DNA of 63,785 nucleotides, counting the filler, from Ministeria vibrans ATCC 50519 (lineage: Eukaryota > Protista > Filasterea), in assembly GCA_943704425.1 (NCBI GenBank). It is 4 parts of 4 records of this genome, joined end to end, with 100 filler letters (N's around TTAATTAATTAA, not from the genome) between each part and the next. Parts side by side here need not be neighbours in the genome. Positions count along the whole stretch, not along the records: positions 15,934 to 46,877 come from CALSCP010001730.1; positions 46,978 to 53,667 come from CALSCP010002106.1; 2 more parts are not named here. The stretch is one strand, 5' to 3'. The notes under the pieces are model-generated. The model had not been told where the DNA came from. It ran no database searches and worked only from the letters and a program-made list of their open reading frames with translations. The translations under genes and the position numbers were made by a program. Every line of letters begins with the position of its first letter. Position 1 is the stretch's first letter. This document shows positions 35,702-50,000 of this stretch, in pieces.

Positions 35702-38354
35702 TTACAAGTCTGGGTTGTACTCGAGTGGAGCAGAGTCAAAGGAGTTCTCGCTAGCGAGAATCTCGGCGGCAGTGGCCATTTCAAAGGATTCGGAGGTCTC
35801 GACGAGATTCGTCTCGATCGGCGGACGGTACGCACGGAAACTCAGGTAGAAAAACAAGGCCGAGAGTCCTACGGGGAAAAGGGAAGGCATGAGTGCGCAC
35901 CTCCTATGTGTGGTTTGTAAATGATGGATGTACCTTTGAAGGTGATGACCCAGAGGACAAAGCGCCAGCGGAGGGCAGATGCGTCGTAGATCCAGCAGGA
36001 GCCATCGTTACCGTCGCAGGTGGTCTCGCGCATGAGACAGACGGTGTCGATGACATAGCCAAAGACAACGGGTCCCGGAATAGCCCCGAGCAGACGGTAG
36101 AGAGAGCTCTGAATGGCCAAGCCCATGGCACGCTGGGAGGGCGGGAGGCATCGCAGAACGACGTTTGTGGCCGGGACGTTCTCGGAGAAGGTGCAGAACA
36201 TGGCGAGGAAGAGGCCAAAGAGGAAGAAGGGCAGCGAGTGGCAGTGGAGGTCGCACATGCCGGCGGCGGCCGTCTGCGGCGTAGACGCGGAGACGCACGA
36301 GCAGTTGCCAAAGAGAGTGTCGGAGACGGCGGCGGTGGAGTCGGCGGCGCGGTTGCTAGTAGAGCAGCCGGCGTAGCACGCCGAGAAGTATACGGTGTTG
36401 TCAGCGCCGCAGACGGGCGCGTATGGCCACTGGCTGCAGCCGCACTGCGTGTTACATGTCGACGTCATATTGAAGGGGGCGCCGTAGGCACTTGCGCTTG
36501 TGCCTTCGTCTACAGACAACTTTGTGTGAGAGGAGCAAAGAAAGTGAGAAGAAGAGAGAGAGCGCGCGCGTACAAGGTAAAGTGACGCCGCGGATCGGTT
36601 GCATTGGACAACCCAGGAGAAATACTGAAAGATAGAGAGAAACAAAAGACGAAAAAAAAGAGAAGATTTCAGTACTGGCGGTGTAGATTGCTCTATACCG
36701 AAACCCAAAACGGCGGCGAGGACAGACGAGGCAAAACAAGCAAAGGCATTGGCACGGCCCGTCGCATTGATACGCTTCATCAGCCACCCGCCAAAGAAGA
36801 TGCCTCCGGCGGCGCCGGGCACGACGACCAGGCCGACGGTGATGGAGGCGTGTGACGCAGTCAGACCAAACTGCACTTCAACAAACTTGCCAATGAAGAC
36901 GGTGAGCGAGGCGACGGTGAGCAATTCGAAGGAGGCGCCAATGCAGTTGAAGACAAAAGTCGCGTTGCGTGCCAGTTGTTTCACCGTGGGCCACAGCTCG
37001 CTGAGTTGCAGTTCGGTCGCATTGGCAGCAGATGATGCCTTGGGTGGAGCGGCAGTGGCAGTGGCAGCAGAGCGGCGCTGGTGAGCTGCGTCGGTGACGG
37101 AGCGTGACGCGCGCGACTCGTTCTGCTGGAGAATCTCCGACGAGTCGCTCTTATCGCGGCGAATGTGGACTGTGTTGGGCAAGAAGCGTGGGTAGAAGTA
37201 GAGAGGGATGGCACAAATGAGCGACAAACAGCCCACCAGGACATAGGAGATCCACCAGGCACCTACCCAGTCGGGGTGTTTGGGGTTGAGTCCCGTAGGC
37301 GCATTGCCAAGGTCCACCCAGAACGACAGGAAGGCACCTCCCATGATGAACCCCACCGCAGGGCCCACCGCACTCATGGCAAAAAAGATGCCCAGGTAGA
37401 GGGCAACTGTATTGGCACCCACGTTCTCGTCCAAATACCTACAATGAGAGAAGATTTTTTGAATTCGCATCTCCTGATCTCCTGTAATGTTTGCTTTTTT
37501 CGCCCCACTTTCCTCCCTTCCCTTCCCTTCCCTTCCCTTCCCTTCCCTTACACTGGCCCGAGGACGTAGAGGGGCGCCGCAGCGATTCCAATAAGACTTT
37601 GGCCAATGATGAGGAGTGCAAAGGACCAAGAAGCGCCCGAGGTGGGACCATCGCCGTTGTTGGCGGCGGCACAGGTGTCGCTGTCGTTGGCTGTACACAT
37701 GCCCACAATGATGGCGTTGCTGCCCCCCGAGCTGAGCTCGTCCGCATACGCCGGGCCAAACATTTCGGGTGCGGCAAAGAAGAGCGTACCGAGGCCGAGG
37801 AGGGCAAGACAGGCGCCGAGTGCGCGTGGTTTGTGTCGGGACACAAAGGCAAAGACGAGCACCAGCACGCCGACGAGGACGTCGTAGAGCGACGCCAGAA
37901 ACCCCGTCTGTGAGCTGCGCAGTCCGTAGCGGCGCTCCAGGGAGCTTACGCTTGAGGGAAAGAGGCCGCTGACGGTCATGGATTGGAGCACGGCAAAGAG
38001 GCTAATGAAGAAGAGCGCCCATTTCGGCGTAAGCAAACCGAGGCGGTTCATCAAAGGATGCAACCGCTTCTCCAGACGCCCCTCCGACTTAAAGTCGCCG
38101 AAATCCACGCCGTGTCCCTGCCTCTCGCTGTCCAGTGCATCGGTCGATCGACAGTCGGCGTCCGCATCGACATCTGCGGTTGGAGAACAATCGAACCACA
38201 CAATATAATATAATCGTTATAATTATCATCATAAGAAGGATTTTGCTTTGAATGCGTTGCCTTCGAGTCGTAGTGTGGCCGGACCATCAAGTGGTTCAGC
38301 GTCTTCACGGAGAAGCAGGCCGACGTCATCCTCGTCGTCCGAAGATAGAGCCAT
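35702..38354 (-). CDS. Organic anion transporting polypeptide (SLCO/OATP) with Kazal-like loop; multi-exon
   Basis: SSLERRYGLRSSQTG, PLYVLG/YLDENV, VGPAVGFIMGG, WVGAWW, CNTQCGC..YAPVCGADNTVYFSACYAGC, RLLGAIPGPVVFGYVIDTVC..GSCWIYD. Confidence 0.93.
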
Positions 38355-38481
38355 GAATAAAAGCAGAGAAGAGTGATTAGTGAATAACTGAATAATTTCG
38401 AGAGTACTTTTTTAGAATTTAGACTTTAGTAATACTCACTAATTAGGTTCATAAATCAGTTTTATTTCAACAATTGTTACC

Positions 38482-40220
<1,739 letters not shown>

Positions 40221-40391
40221 AATTGTCAATAAATTATTGGCACTTAATACAATACATTCCCTATTTGATAATTTTTTTTTTTTTATCTTTGGTCCTCCTA
40301 AAACCAAGAAAAGCTAAAAGACATTAGCCTTTCAAAGTTCAAACTTTTAAAAAATTAATAATATTATTGGTGATGGGCGACCATTAAATGT

Positions 40392-41563
40392 TTACTGCGT
40401 TTTTTGAACGACGCGCACCGCATTGACGGGCGGCACCGCAAAATGGCGCTCAAACTCACTTGTCAAGTGACGCTCGCGCATCATCTCGTCTGTGTCCCAC
40501 ACGCCCATGCCATGCGGCCCTCCGCGCGACGCCCCACGTGCAAGCCATGCTGACCGAACACTTCGCTCACGTGCCTCGTGCACCTCGAGTCGCCTCAACT
40601 CATTAAGAGTCTCTTGTGCACTCTGTTCGGCCCTGCGTTGTGCCACAGCCGCACTCCATCGCTTTTCTGCCTCTCGCTTCCGCATCATTCGTTCGTCTTC
40701 TTGAGACTTCATGCGTTCCTCAGCAGCCTGTTCCACCTGGGGAGCAACGAGGCGCGCATCCGGCAATGCGTCTGCCTCTCCCGCACGCACCACCCTGCAG
40801 TGCGTTTCCGCGTCGTGGTACCGCGTCGAGTGGAATCCAAGCGTCGTTTCACTCACGCGAACACGTGACGATGTTGACGCTCGACGACGACGCTCATGTG
40901 CAGCGAGAGCACTCTCAATTTTGCTGGCATCTGCATCTCGAGTGCTTTGGCGTGCCACCGTCGCATGACGCGCGGCCAGCTGCCGGCTTGCCTGTGCAGC
41001 GTCGCGCCTTGCCTGTGCCAACGATTCCATCTGAATTCGAAGCTGATGGTAGTGGCTGGCTTTTGCTTCAGCCTCCACTTGTGCCTTGGCCTGGCGATAT
41101 CGCTTGCGAGTGCACTCCTCTCGTCCCGCCAGTTTTGAAAATTCTCTCTCTCGCCGCGCTTGTGTGGCGGCCGCGACTGCCTCTGCCTTCTCGTAGGCAT
41201 TTCCAATATTATTTTCAGTGTCATGGTACCGTTCCACTAGCTGTTTGTGTTGTGTCTGGAATGAAAGAGAGAGGGGCGAATTAATATAATAATGATTTTT
41301 GAAAATTTGGTGTCTTCTAAGTAGGAGTACCTCTCGGTGTGCCTCCCATATCGACTGTAAGTGTGCGTTTTGCTGATCAAGTGATGCTTCATATTGTCGT
41401 TGGTATTGTTGACGTTGAAGGGAGACTGCAGCCTTCTCGTCGGCGCGAATCTGTTGAAGGATGAGCGCAGCTTTGAATTTTGACTGAAATTGACAGACTG
41501 AATGCGAACCTGACGGAGGCGTTGTTGGCGCCATTTTGCAGTTAAAGTGGCGTGGTTTTGCAT
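40392..41563 (-). CDS. Coiled-coil protein resembling the CEP295/Ana1 (DDC8-like) N-terminal region
   Basis: WRQQRLRQ/IRADEK...QSIWE.../..LVERYHDTENNIGNAYEKA, FHSTRYH and DARLVA follow the recalled CEP295 N-terminal pattern (RLLQVREQE..W..Y..MGEGHRQA). Confidence 0.55.
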
Positions 41564-41755
41564 GAAGGTTGAAACTTGAATGGATAATGGTGAATAATAG
41601 TTCAGTTGATTCATAAAAAAAATTATGTCATTTTGGAAAGAAAAGAAGAATCATACGTTTTCTGATAAATAATTCATTATTCATTAATCATTACAGATTA
41701 CTTCTTGCTGCTGACTAGAACCCATCCTTTGTGATACGTTAGTACATCAACCACC

Positions 41756-43022
41756 ATGCTCCGATCACTGGCTCAATCGACGACGCGCGCACTCGCTTCG
41801 GGCGTGCGATCGCGTCTGCTCCACTCTTCCGCTGTCGCCGCAACCGACTTTTCGCACATCATCGTCAACAAGGGCGGCAAAAACGACACGGTGGGCATCA
41901 TCCAGTTGAACCGTCCCAAGGTAGGGCGCCCCCCGTATGGTCGTTTGGGCGCAGACTCATCGCGACTCCTTTTCACCAGGCTCTCAACGCCCTCTGCGAC
42001 CCACTCATGCGCGAAATCAACACGGCACTCCAGTCGTTTGAGGACGACAAGGACTGCGGTGCGGTGGTGATCACGGGAAGCGACAAGGCCTTTGCCGGTA
42101 TCAGACAAACATGATTGTGTCATCTCAACTGAGCCTTGTTCATTCAGCTGGCGCGGACATCAAGGAAATGCAGCCTTTGACAGTGCAGGTGTGTAGAATG
42201 CCGCATGCAATACTTGTAGCTAACAACAGATGGATTGTAGGATTGCTATGGTTCCAACTTTCTTGGGCACTGGACGCAAATCACTCAGTGCAAGAAGCCC
42301 ATCATTGCCGCGGTCAACGGCTTTGCAGTAAGCTTACACACACACAGACACACACACACACACACATACATACATACACACACATACATACATACACATA
42401 CATACACACACATATACACACACACTTATATACACACATATACACACACACTTGTAAACACACGCGCGTAATATGATGCTCATCGTTTATTTTTACACAG
42501 CTTGGCGGTGGCTGTGAACTTGCCATGATGTGCGACATCATCTATGCGGGAAGCACGGCACAGTTTGGTCAACCAGAGATCAAGTTGGGCACGATTCCCG
42601 GTGCGGGTGGTACGCAGCGTCTGACGCGCGCCGTGGGCAAGTCACTTGCTATGGAACTGTGTCTGACCGGCGACTTCATTTCGGCCGACGACGCGCTGCG
42701 CTCGGGTCTGGTTGCTCGTGTGTATCCTGCCGAGGAGCTTGTTTCTAAGGCGATCGAACAGGCGAGCAAGATTGCGGCCATGTCCAAACCAGTCGTGATG
42801 ATGTGCAAGGAGGCCGTCAACAAGTCGTTTGAGATGACCCTCGCTGAGGGCGCTCACTTTGAGCGTCGCATGTTCCACGCCACCTTTGCCCTTGTACGTC
42901 GGAGATTGAGCAAAGCAAAAACACGCAAGAATTTAATTTTATCTTTGATGTTGCAGAACGACCGGAAGGAAGGCATGACGGCATTTGCAGAGCGTCGCAA
43001 GGCGAACTTTACCGACTCTTAA
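41756..43022 (+). CDS. ECHS1: Mitochondrial short-chain enoyl-CoA hydratase; multi-exon
   Basis: Mitochondrial presequence; [81 protein letters not shown]. Confidence 0.94.
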
Positions 43023-43148
43023 ATAAAAAGTTAAAACTTAAAAACAATAACAATTAATTAAATAATTAACAACTATTTCTGCTACTTCATACTCACCTTG
43101 TTGTCCCGACAACACCTACATACACTCACAGCCCCGCACGTCACAGCC

Positions 43149-44483
43149 ATGTCGATCCCCGAGACTATGAAACGAGTCATTTTCAAGACACCCCATCCCG
43201 CCGATGCCTCATTCACCGTACGCCTTGCCACCACCCCACCAGGCCACCACTACCACTACTGCTGTTATCTGTACTCGCTTTCTTCGCCTGCTCACAAAGG
43301 GAACTTTTTCCACGTGAATTTAATGTAGAAAGAATCGCTCGACGAACACATTGCCATTGAGACAGTGCCCGTGCCCACGCCCCGCGCCGGGCAGTTGCTC
43401 GTCAAGACCACCTACTCGCCGATCAACCCAAGCGACCTGTCGTACATCACGGGGTCGTACACCAACGCCGGCACAAATCCGACCAATTTCACCGCCGGCT
43501 TTGAAGCTTGTGGTGTCGTTGTCGCGTCTGGTGGCGGTATTCTGACGTGGGGCGCCGTCGGCAAGCGGGTGGCGTTCAACTCTACCGCTGCGTGGGCCGA
43601 GTACTGCATTGTCGATGCGCTCAAGGCGATTAATCTGCCTGAGGATGTCAGTGACGAAGTGGGTGCTTGTGCACTGGTGAACCCGCTGACCGCAGCGGCG
43701 TTTATTCGCGAGGCCAAGGCAGCTGGCCAACGTGCCATTGTGCACACGGCGGCTGCTAGTCAGCTGGGCAAGATGCTCATCCGCAGTGGCAAGCAGGAAG
43801 GCATCACCATTGTGTGTGTGGTGCGTCGCGAAGACCAGGCACAGGCATGCCGCGACGCCGGTGCCACACACGTCATTGACTCGTCCACGGCCACCTTTGA
43901 CGCCGACCTCAAGGAAATGCTCAAGGAAACCAACTGCCACTGGGGCTACGACGCTGTGGCGGGCCCGCTCACGGGACGCATTCTCAAGTATACTAACAAT
44001 ACGAGTAATAATAATTATTATTATAACTGATGCTGTGCCTGCCTGTCTTGCTGTAGTGCGATGCCAAACAAGTCGACGCTCAAAGTGTACGGTGGGCTGT
44101 CGGGCGAGGCGTGCTCGAACGTTCACCCGCGCGAACTCATCTCAAACGGAAAGGTGCTGACTGGTTTTTGGCTTCCTCCATACCTCGAGTCCCTTAGCAA
44201 GTTGAGTCTGCTTCTCTTCACGCGGTCTGTTGCCGCGTCGCTCTCCAACACTATGAGCTCGACCATTCAAGGGCGCTTTTCGCTTGATGATGCATCGACT
44301 GCCATTGCGACGTACACGAGCAACATGGGTGCAGGCAAGGTCCTCTTTGCGTGCGGGGGAGTACCGGTTACGCCCCAGTCCAACCCTGAGAATGTTGCGG
44401 ATGTTGCGGATGCTGCTGATGGTGATGAAGCTGCAGGTGATGTTGCGTCCGCGGAGGGCGTCAAGGGCGACGACACTGTTTGA
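43149..44483 (+). CDS. MDR-family NADPH-dependent oxidoreductase (quinone reductase / enoyl-thioester reductase-like)
   Basis: VPTPRAGQLLVK...PINPSDL, AGFEACGVVVASG, NPLTA, VHTAAASQLGKML, GKVL. Confidence 0.85.
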
Positions 44484-44702
44484 TTTCTATACACATGAAA
44501 CGTTTGATTTTCTTTTATTTTCATTCTTTTATTTTAATAATAAAATATTTTAATAATATTATAGTATTATTATATAATCATCGAGAAGCAGATAGGTAAC
44601 GTATGCTATTGGTGTCATTAAAATCAAAGAAGTTTCATACTAATAATAATTTATAAAATACAAATGTGTAAGAAACTTGAAGAAACTTCCGCCGTCTATA
44701 CG

Positions 44703-45730
44703 TCACAGAGGGTTGGCGGTTGTAGCAAGTGGATTGGTGGGCTGGCTGAGACTGCGCCTACGCGTGGACCGTTGTTTGGACTGGGGGCTTGAGCTGGCGC
44801 TGGGAGACACGGATGAGTCGTGCTTGTCCATGCCAAAGTCGTCTTCTTCGAGGGCGGGCGGGAGGGAGTTGTCGAGGGCCTGGTCGAGCGTCGTGAGTGA
44901 GGCGAGCGTGTCCGGGTCGAGGGTGGGCGAGACCGCGCTAGGGCTGGATGTAGCGGGGTGGAGGTAGGGCTCGGCAACGGGTGGTGTGATCAGCACATCG
45001 ACGGACAGTGACGAAGGCGTCTTAGGGCTGGCCGACACGGCACGCGCAAATGACTCGCTGGTTTGTGGCATCTGGTCTGTCGTGGGAATAGTAAGAGTGG
45101 AGGCGGCGCGGGAGGCATCGTCAGGACTGGGCTCGAGGCGCGACATCATGCTGGGACTGGCAGTGGCGGCGCGTGTGTAGGGCTCGGGCGTGCGCAGGTG
45201 ACTGGTGTTGAGGCTGTCGTTTGAAGCGGAGGTGGAGGACGCGCTGACTGTGCATGTGGAGAAAGGAGAGTCAGCAAGAAGACAAAAAACAACAAAGACA
45301 GTGTGGTACATAAAGAATGAATGGGCGGTGAGGCCATGGAGGCGGGGCGGGGGGCAAGGAACTGGCCGTGCGTAAAGTCAGACGACTCGCTAGCGTGTGG
45401 GTCGTCGTGTGCGCTGAGGGGAGTCAGTTGGAGGGTCATTTGAGAGCGGAGGTTCTGGAGGTCTTCGGCGGTGCGTACGCCGACCGAGGCGGACACGAGT
45501 TTGCGGATGTCAACGGCAGCACCACCGTTGAAGCTCTTGGCGCGGTTGACGCTGGAACGGTGGTGAGGGGAGTGCGGAGCGGACTTGTGTCCGCCACTGA
45601 AGGGCAAAGTGTTGCTCTCGTCGACGTTGAGGGTGGGTGCTGTCATGTCGCGCCTAGACATGATCGTCGACGACGGTGCGCAAAATTGCACGGATGGCTC
45701 GTCGGCCACATTGACCTCCAACTGTAGGTA

Positions 45731-45763
<33 letters not shown>

Positions 45764-46650
45764 AGTTGAGTAAGAGCAGAGGGTGAGAATCGTCGCGTAC
45801 GTCCAAAAGGGAGTCAAGTGCACGTGCGTTGAGCGCAGCCATCTTCTCGGGAGCAAGAGCAAGCTCTTGCGACGCCCGCAGACTCGACTCGAGCCCGTCG
45901 GCAGCGGCGTGCATGCGTAACTCAAGGCGTACCGGCGGACCTGACAGCATCGTCAGCTCACAGTACTTACGTCGATGTGCAATCACAAGGCTATCCAGTG
46001 CTTTGCGCTTTTGCACCTGAAGCTGTTCACACTACACATACAGAGTCGATGACTTTGTGTGGGAAGAAAGGGGTTCACTCAAAGTCCGTACTTCTTTGTA
46101 CAGCTGCTCTTGTTCCAGCTTCTGCTTGTTTGACATTTTGCGCTGCCGTCTAAACGTCGATTTCCAGTCCTTCCTATACAATAAAAATAGAACGAGATAG
46201 GAGGTAGAAAAAAAAGAGATATAAAGTAACACAGCATGAGAGATAGAAGAAAAGACGAGTGAGAAGTAAAACGGAAAGAACACTTCGTACACGCTTTTTT
46301 CGTACGCAGTTTGTTTGGAAGCTGTCTTGATGGTTTTGTGCATGCGCTGCGCTGTCTTGTCAAACTGCTTGACAATCTTGGCAATGTCCGATCGATGTGA
46401 GTCCTCAATGGTCTAAAAGCGCACGTCATGCCAGATGAGTCAAGAAGGAATGATAAAAAAAGGTACTTTAGCAATTTCGCTGAAGCGCACAAGACTGGTC
46501 GCCACTGCCACCGTTTGGTGTTGGGCCGTTTCCTACAAGAAGGTTCAACAAAGACAAAAACACGACATAGATATGCCGTACACGCATACCTGTTGTTCAT
46601 AAACTGTGTGGAGTGCGGTACCGAGCGAGGCGGTTGCACCAATGCACGAT
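44703..46650 (-). CDS. I-BAR (IMD) domain protein, MTSS/MIM-like; 5' truncated at contig end
   Basis: GATASLGTAL, IVKQFDK and KRKALDSLVIAHRRKYCELTMLSGPPVRLEL...LALAPEKM align with the MIM IMD C-terminal helix (KALIEERGRFC..L.PVIEEE..DPHKL). Ser/Pro-rich tail. Confidence 0.6.
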
Positions 46651-46701
46651 TGCGCAGGCTAAAACAGAGAGGATGAGCATACAAAGAGAGAGAGAGAAAG
46701 G

Positions 46702-46800
<99 letters not shown>

Positions 46801-46877
46801 TGAAAGAGTAACAAAGCAAAGTGAAAGAGAGAGACAGAGAGAACGAAAAACACAGCTGCGCTCCAACAACGCATGTC

Positions 46878-46977
46878 NNNNNNNNNNNNNNNNNNNNNNN
46901 NNNNNNNNNNNNNNNNNNNNNTTAATTAATTAANNNNNNNNNNNNNNNNNNNNNNNNNNNNNNNNNNNNNNNNNNNN
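46878..46977. other. Artificial contig linker
   Basis: N44-TTAATTAATTAA-N44. Confidence 0.95.
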
Positions 46978-47048
46978 ATGACAATGAGTGGAAAAAGAGG
47001 AAAGGGACGCAAGAGAGCACAGGCGCCGCCCCTTCCCCGCTGTCTCCA

Positions 47049-50000
47049 ATGCGCTGTTTGCTTCTGTGTTTGCTGGGCATTGCCTGCGCCCACGCCCTGC
47101 CCTACGCCGCCGACCCCTCATGCTCGGCCCCCCCACCAACATCTCCAACCCAGGTATGCTGCTCAAACAGCCGCTCGTGCTTTTTTTTTTTCCCGGGACT
47201 CTAAAAAAAAGAAGAAAAAAAAAAAGAAAAAAGAATCGTAACAACAACAAAAAACACTGACGCTTACCTCGTACGTGCTGACCTCCATACGCAAGACAAT
47301 ATGTATATCCACCCCGTAATATTCGTCATTGTGGCGCCACACGTGCGTGTCTCCACTGATTTCTTCCGTCTCGTTTATTCTTTCCGACGTCAATGTTAAA
47401 ACAAAATCGTGAAAAAATAAAGTTGACGTTAAATTGGCCTGCCTTGCTTCCCCACGCCTGTCCACGATAGGCGCTAGATAGCCGCACGAACCGGACCTTC
47501 ACCGGCGAGACGCTGGTGCTGAACGCAGGAGTTTACTCGAGCGCTTTTCTGCCGATTTTTCTCACGGGTGATGTCACACTTGAATGCGAGGCGGGCGTGC
47601 GCTTTGTCGGGTGCGGCACGACCGCGTCTGCCATTGTGGTGTCGGGCGCCAACAACATCGTGCGCAACTGCGGCGTGTTCGCTGCCTTTTCCGCCGTCCC
47701 CATCGATGTGTCCCCCCATGCTGCTCTCCACCTGTCCGACGCCCACTTCACCCAAAACCTCCCGGCCGCCGTTGCCTCAAGCCTCACCGCTGGCTTCGGC
47801 CAGCAGCTCGCATCCGATTCGCTGCGCGCCCCTTCCTACTTTCGGCAAAACAGCTCTTTTTTTGCTGGTGCGAGCTTTTCCGCCGCTCCCTCAAACCTTT
47901 TCGTTGGGGCCGGTGTTCTTCGTGCCCAGTCCATGGCCACAGTCGTTGTGGATCGTATCAGCGCCTCAGACTGTCTTGGTGCACCTGGCGCGCTTTTCTT
48001 TGTCGACTCGGGAGCCACTCTCAATGTGGCCGACTCCATCTTCAACAACACGCTCGGGTGGAATTCGGGCGTTGTCACAGTCGCCGCAGGCGCCTCTGCC
48101 TCACTCTCACATGTCAACACCACACACACGGTCGCCGTGAGCCTTGATAATGTTCCAAGTGCCGGCGTCGCCTTTGTTGGACGTCTGGGAACGGCGGGTA
48201 TGCCGAGCGCGACGGCCAGTCTCATCCTGAGCCACTGCAACATCTCCTTTGCCGCTGGCGCAAGCGCCGGTGTCCTTGACAGTGCCTCTCCTTCACATTG
48301 TACTATCACACAATCGACGCTCACTCAGTCGCAGAGTACAAGCGACGAAATCGACGACGGTGGCGCAGCAGGCGCGCTTCGCGTCGTCGGCCAAGAGGCT
48401 CAGCTCGTCGTCGACGATTCCATCTTTTCGCATAACTCCGCTCGCGAAGTTGGCGGCGCTATTGCGGCACTCTCTCGTGCCCACGCCACCGTGACTCGCT
48501 CCGTCTTCTCCGCCAACATTGCCAACATCTACGGTGGCGACATCTTTGCCTGTGCTGGCGCAAACGTCTCTCTCTCCGCTTGCGCCTTTAACGGCTCCTC
48601 CGCCTCCGTGGGCGGCTCGCTTTACGCCACTGGTCGCAAGGGCACCATTGTCGTTAGCGACAACTCCATCTTTGACTTTACCGTAGCAAAATTCGGCGGT
48701 GCCATTGGTTCGGCCGAGTCTGGCAGGGTCTTCGTCGATGGCGGCCAAATCTTGCACGCGTCAGCCTTTGGTGGTGGCGCCCTCTGGGCCGGCGGCCGAA
48801 GCTCCGTTCGCCTAACTGGCGTTGAAATTCGCGACTCTCGCAGCGAAATAGATGGTGGCGCAGCTCGTGTCGTCCAAGAATCAACGGTTCTCCTTGACGG
48901 CTGCGCCATCACCGGTAACTACGCGCCCCGTGGTGCCGCCGTGGCCGCCATTGGCTTGTCCAAACTGGACGTGCTCAACTCAGACGTCACCTTTAATCGT
49001 GCCTCCTACTCGGGTGGCGTCGTGTATTCGGACAATCTTGCCGTCGTCACCTTCGATCACTGCCACCTCGACGACAACGTCGCTGTCATTGAGGGTGGTG
49101 GCGTCGCCGCACTTCAGTCCGCCAGCACCGTTAACCTTCTGCACTCTTCGGCGATACGCAACGCCTCCCCGCGTGGCGGTGTTGTCTTTCAGCGTCACTC
49201 GAGCACCTTTGTCATGCGCGAGTGCCGCCAAGTCATGTTTAATCGTGCCGTTATTGGGAACAACACCCTCTCGGGCGACGGCGGCATTGCTTATGTCGAG
49301 GAGCAGGCCTTTGAGAACGACCTCACGCGCACCGTCGCTAACGGCATTAGCCATCCAAAGGTGATGCGACGTGACGTAGATGCGGCCATCATTGCGACTG
49401 TCGGTGCTGCCGGCGTCGATGGTCTTTACACCGAGCCTGACCATAGCATTTTGGGGACGCCGCAGGCGGTTGCCAAGCTTAACATGCCCTTCCATGACTT
49501 CCCCAAGTCGTGGTATATCAACACGACCATTCTGAACTGCACCGCTGCCCGCGACGGCGGCTTCTTTAAGGGCTACGACACCAACTTTTACCTGAAAAAC
49601 AGCACCATTGTGTACGTTGTGGCGGGACGCGACGGCGGAGTCATTTGGGATCAGTTTGTCAAGTTCAACACCTCCGAGGGTTTCCGCCAGGACGACCTCG
49701 ACCCGCTTGCACCCGAAGAGCCCTATGCCAACCTCATCTACCGCGAATGCGACGTGCACCACTGCACCGCTGGCGGTCGTGGCGGCTCGCTTCACATCAA
49801 CCAGTTGCCCATTGACGAGATGGCGGGCCGATTCTACATCAACAGCAACAGCTACAGCTACCAGATGATCGCCAACGTGGGGGGTCTTTTCTACGCCTCC
49901 GACGTGAGTCAGGTCGAGTTTAGCGAAGCGCAGTTTTATCACCTGCTCAACGTTTACGCACAGTATACGCCACCACCACCACCGGGTAGTTTCTTGTCAC

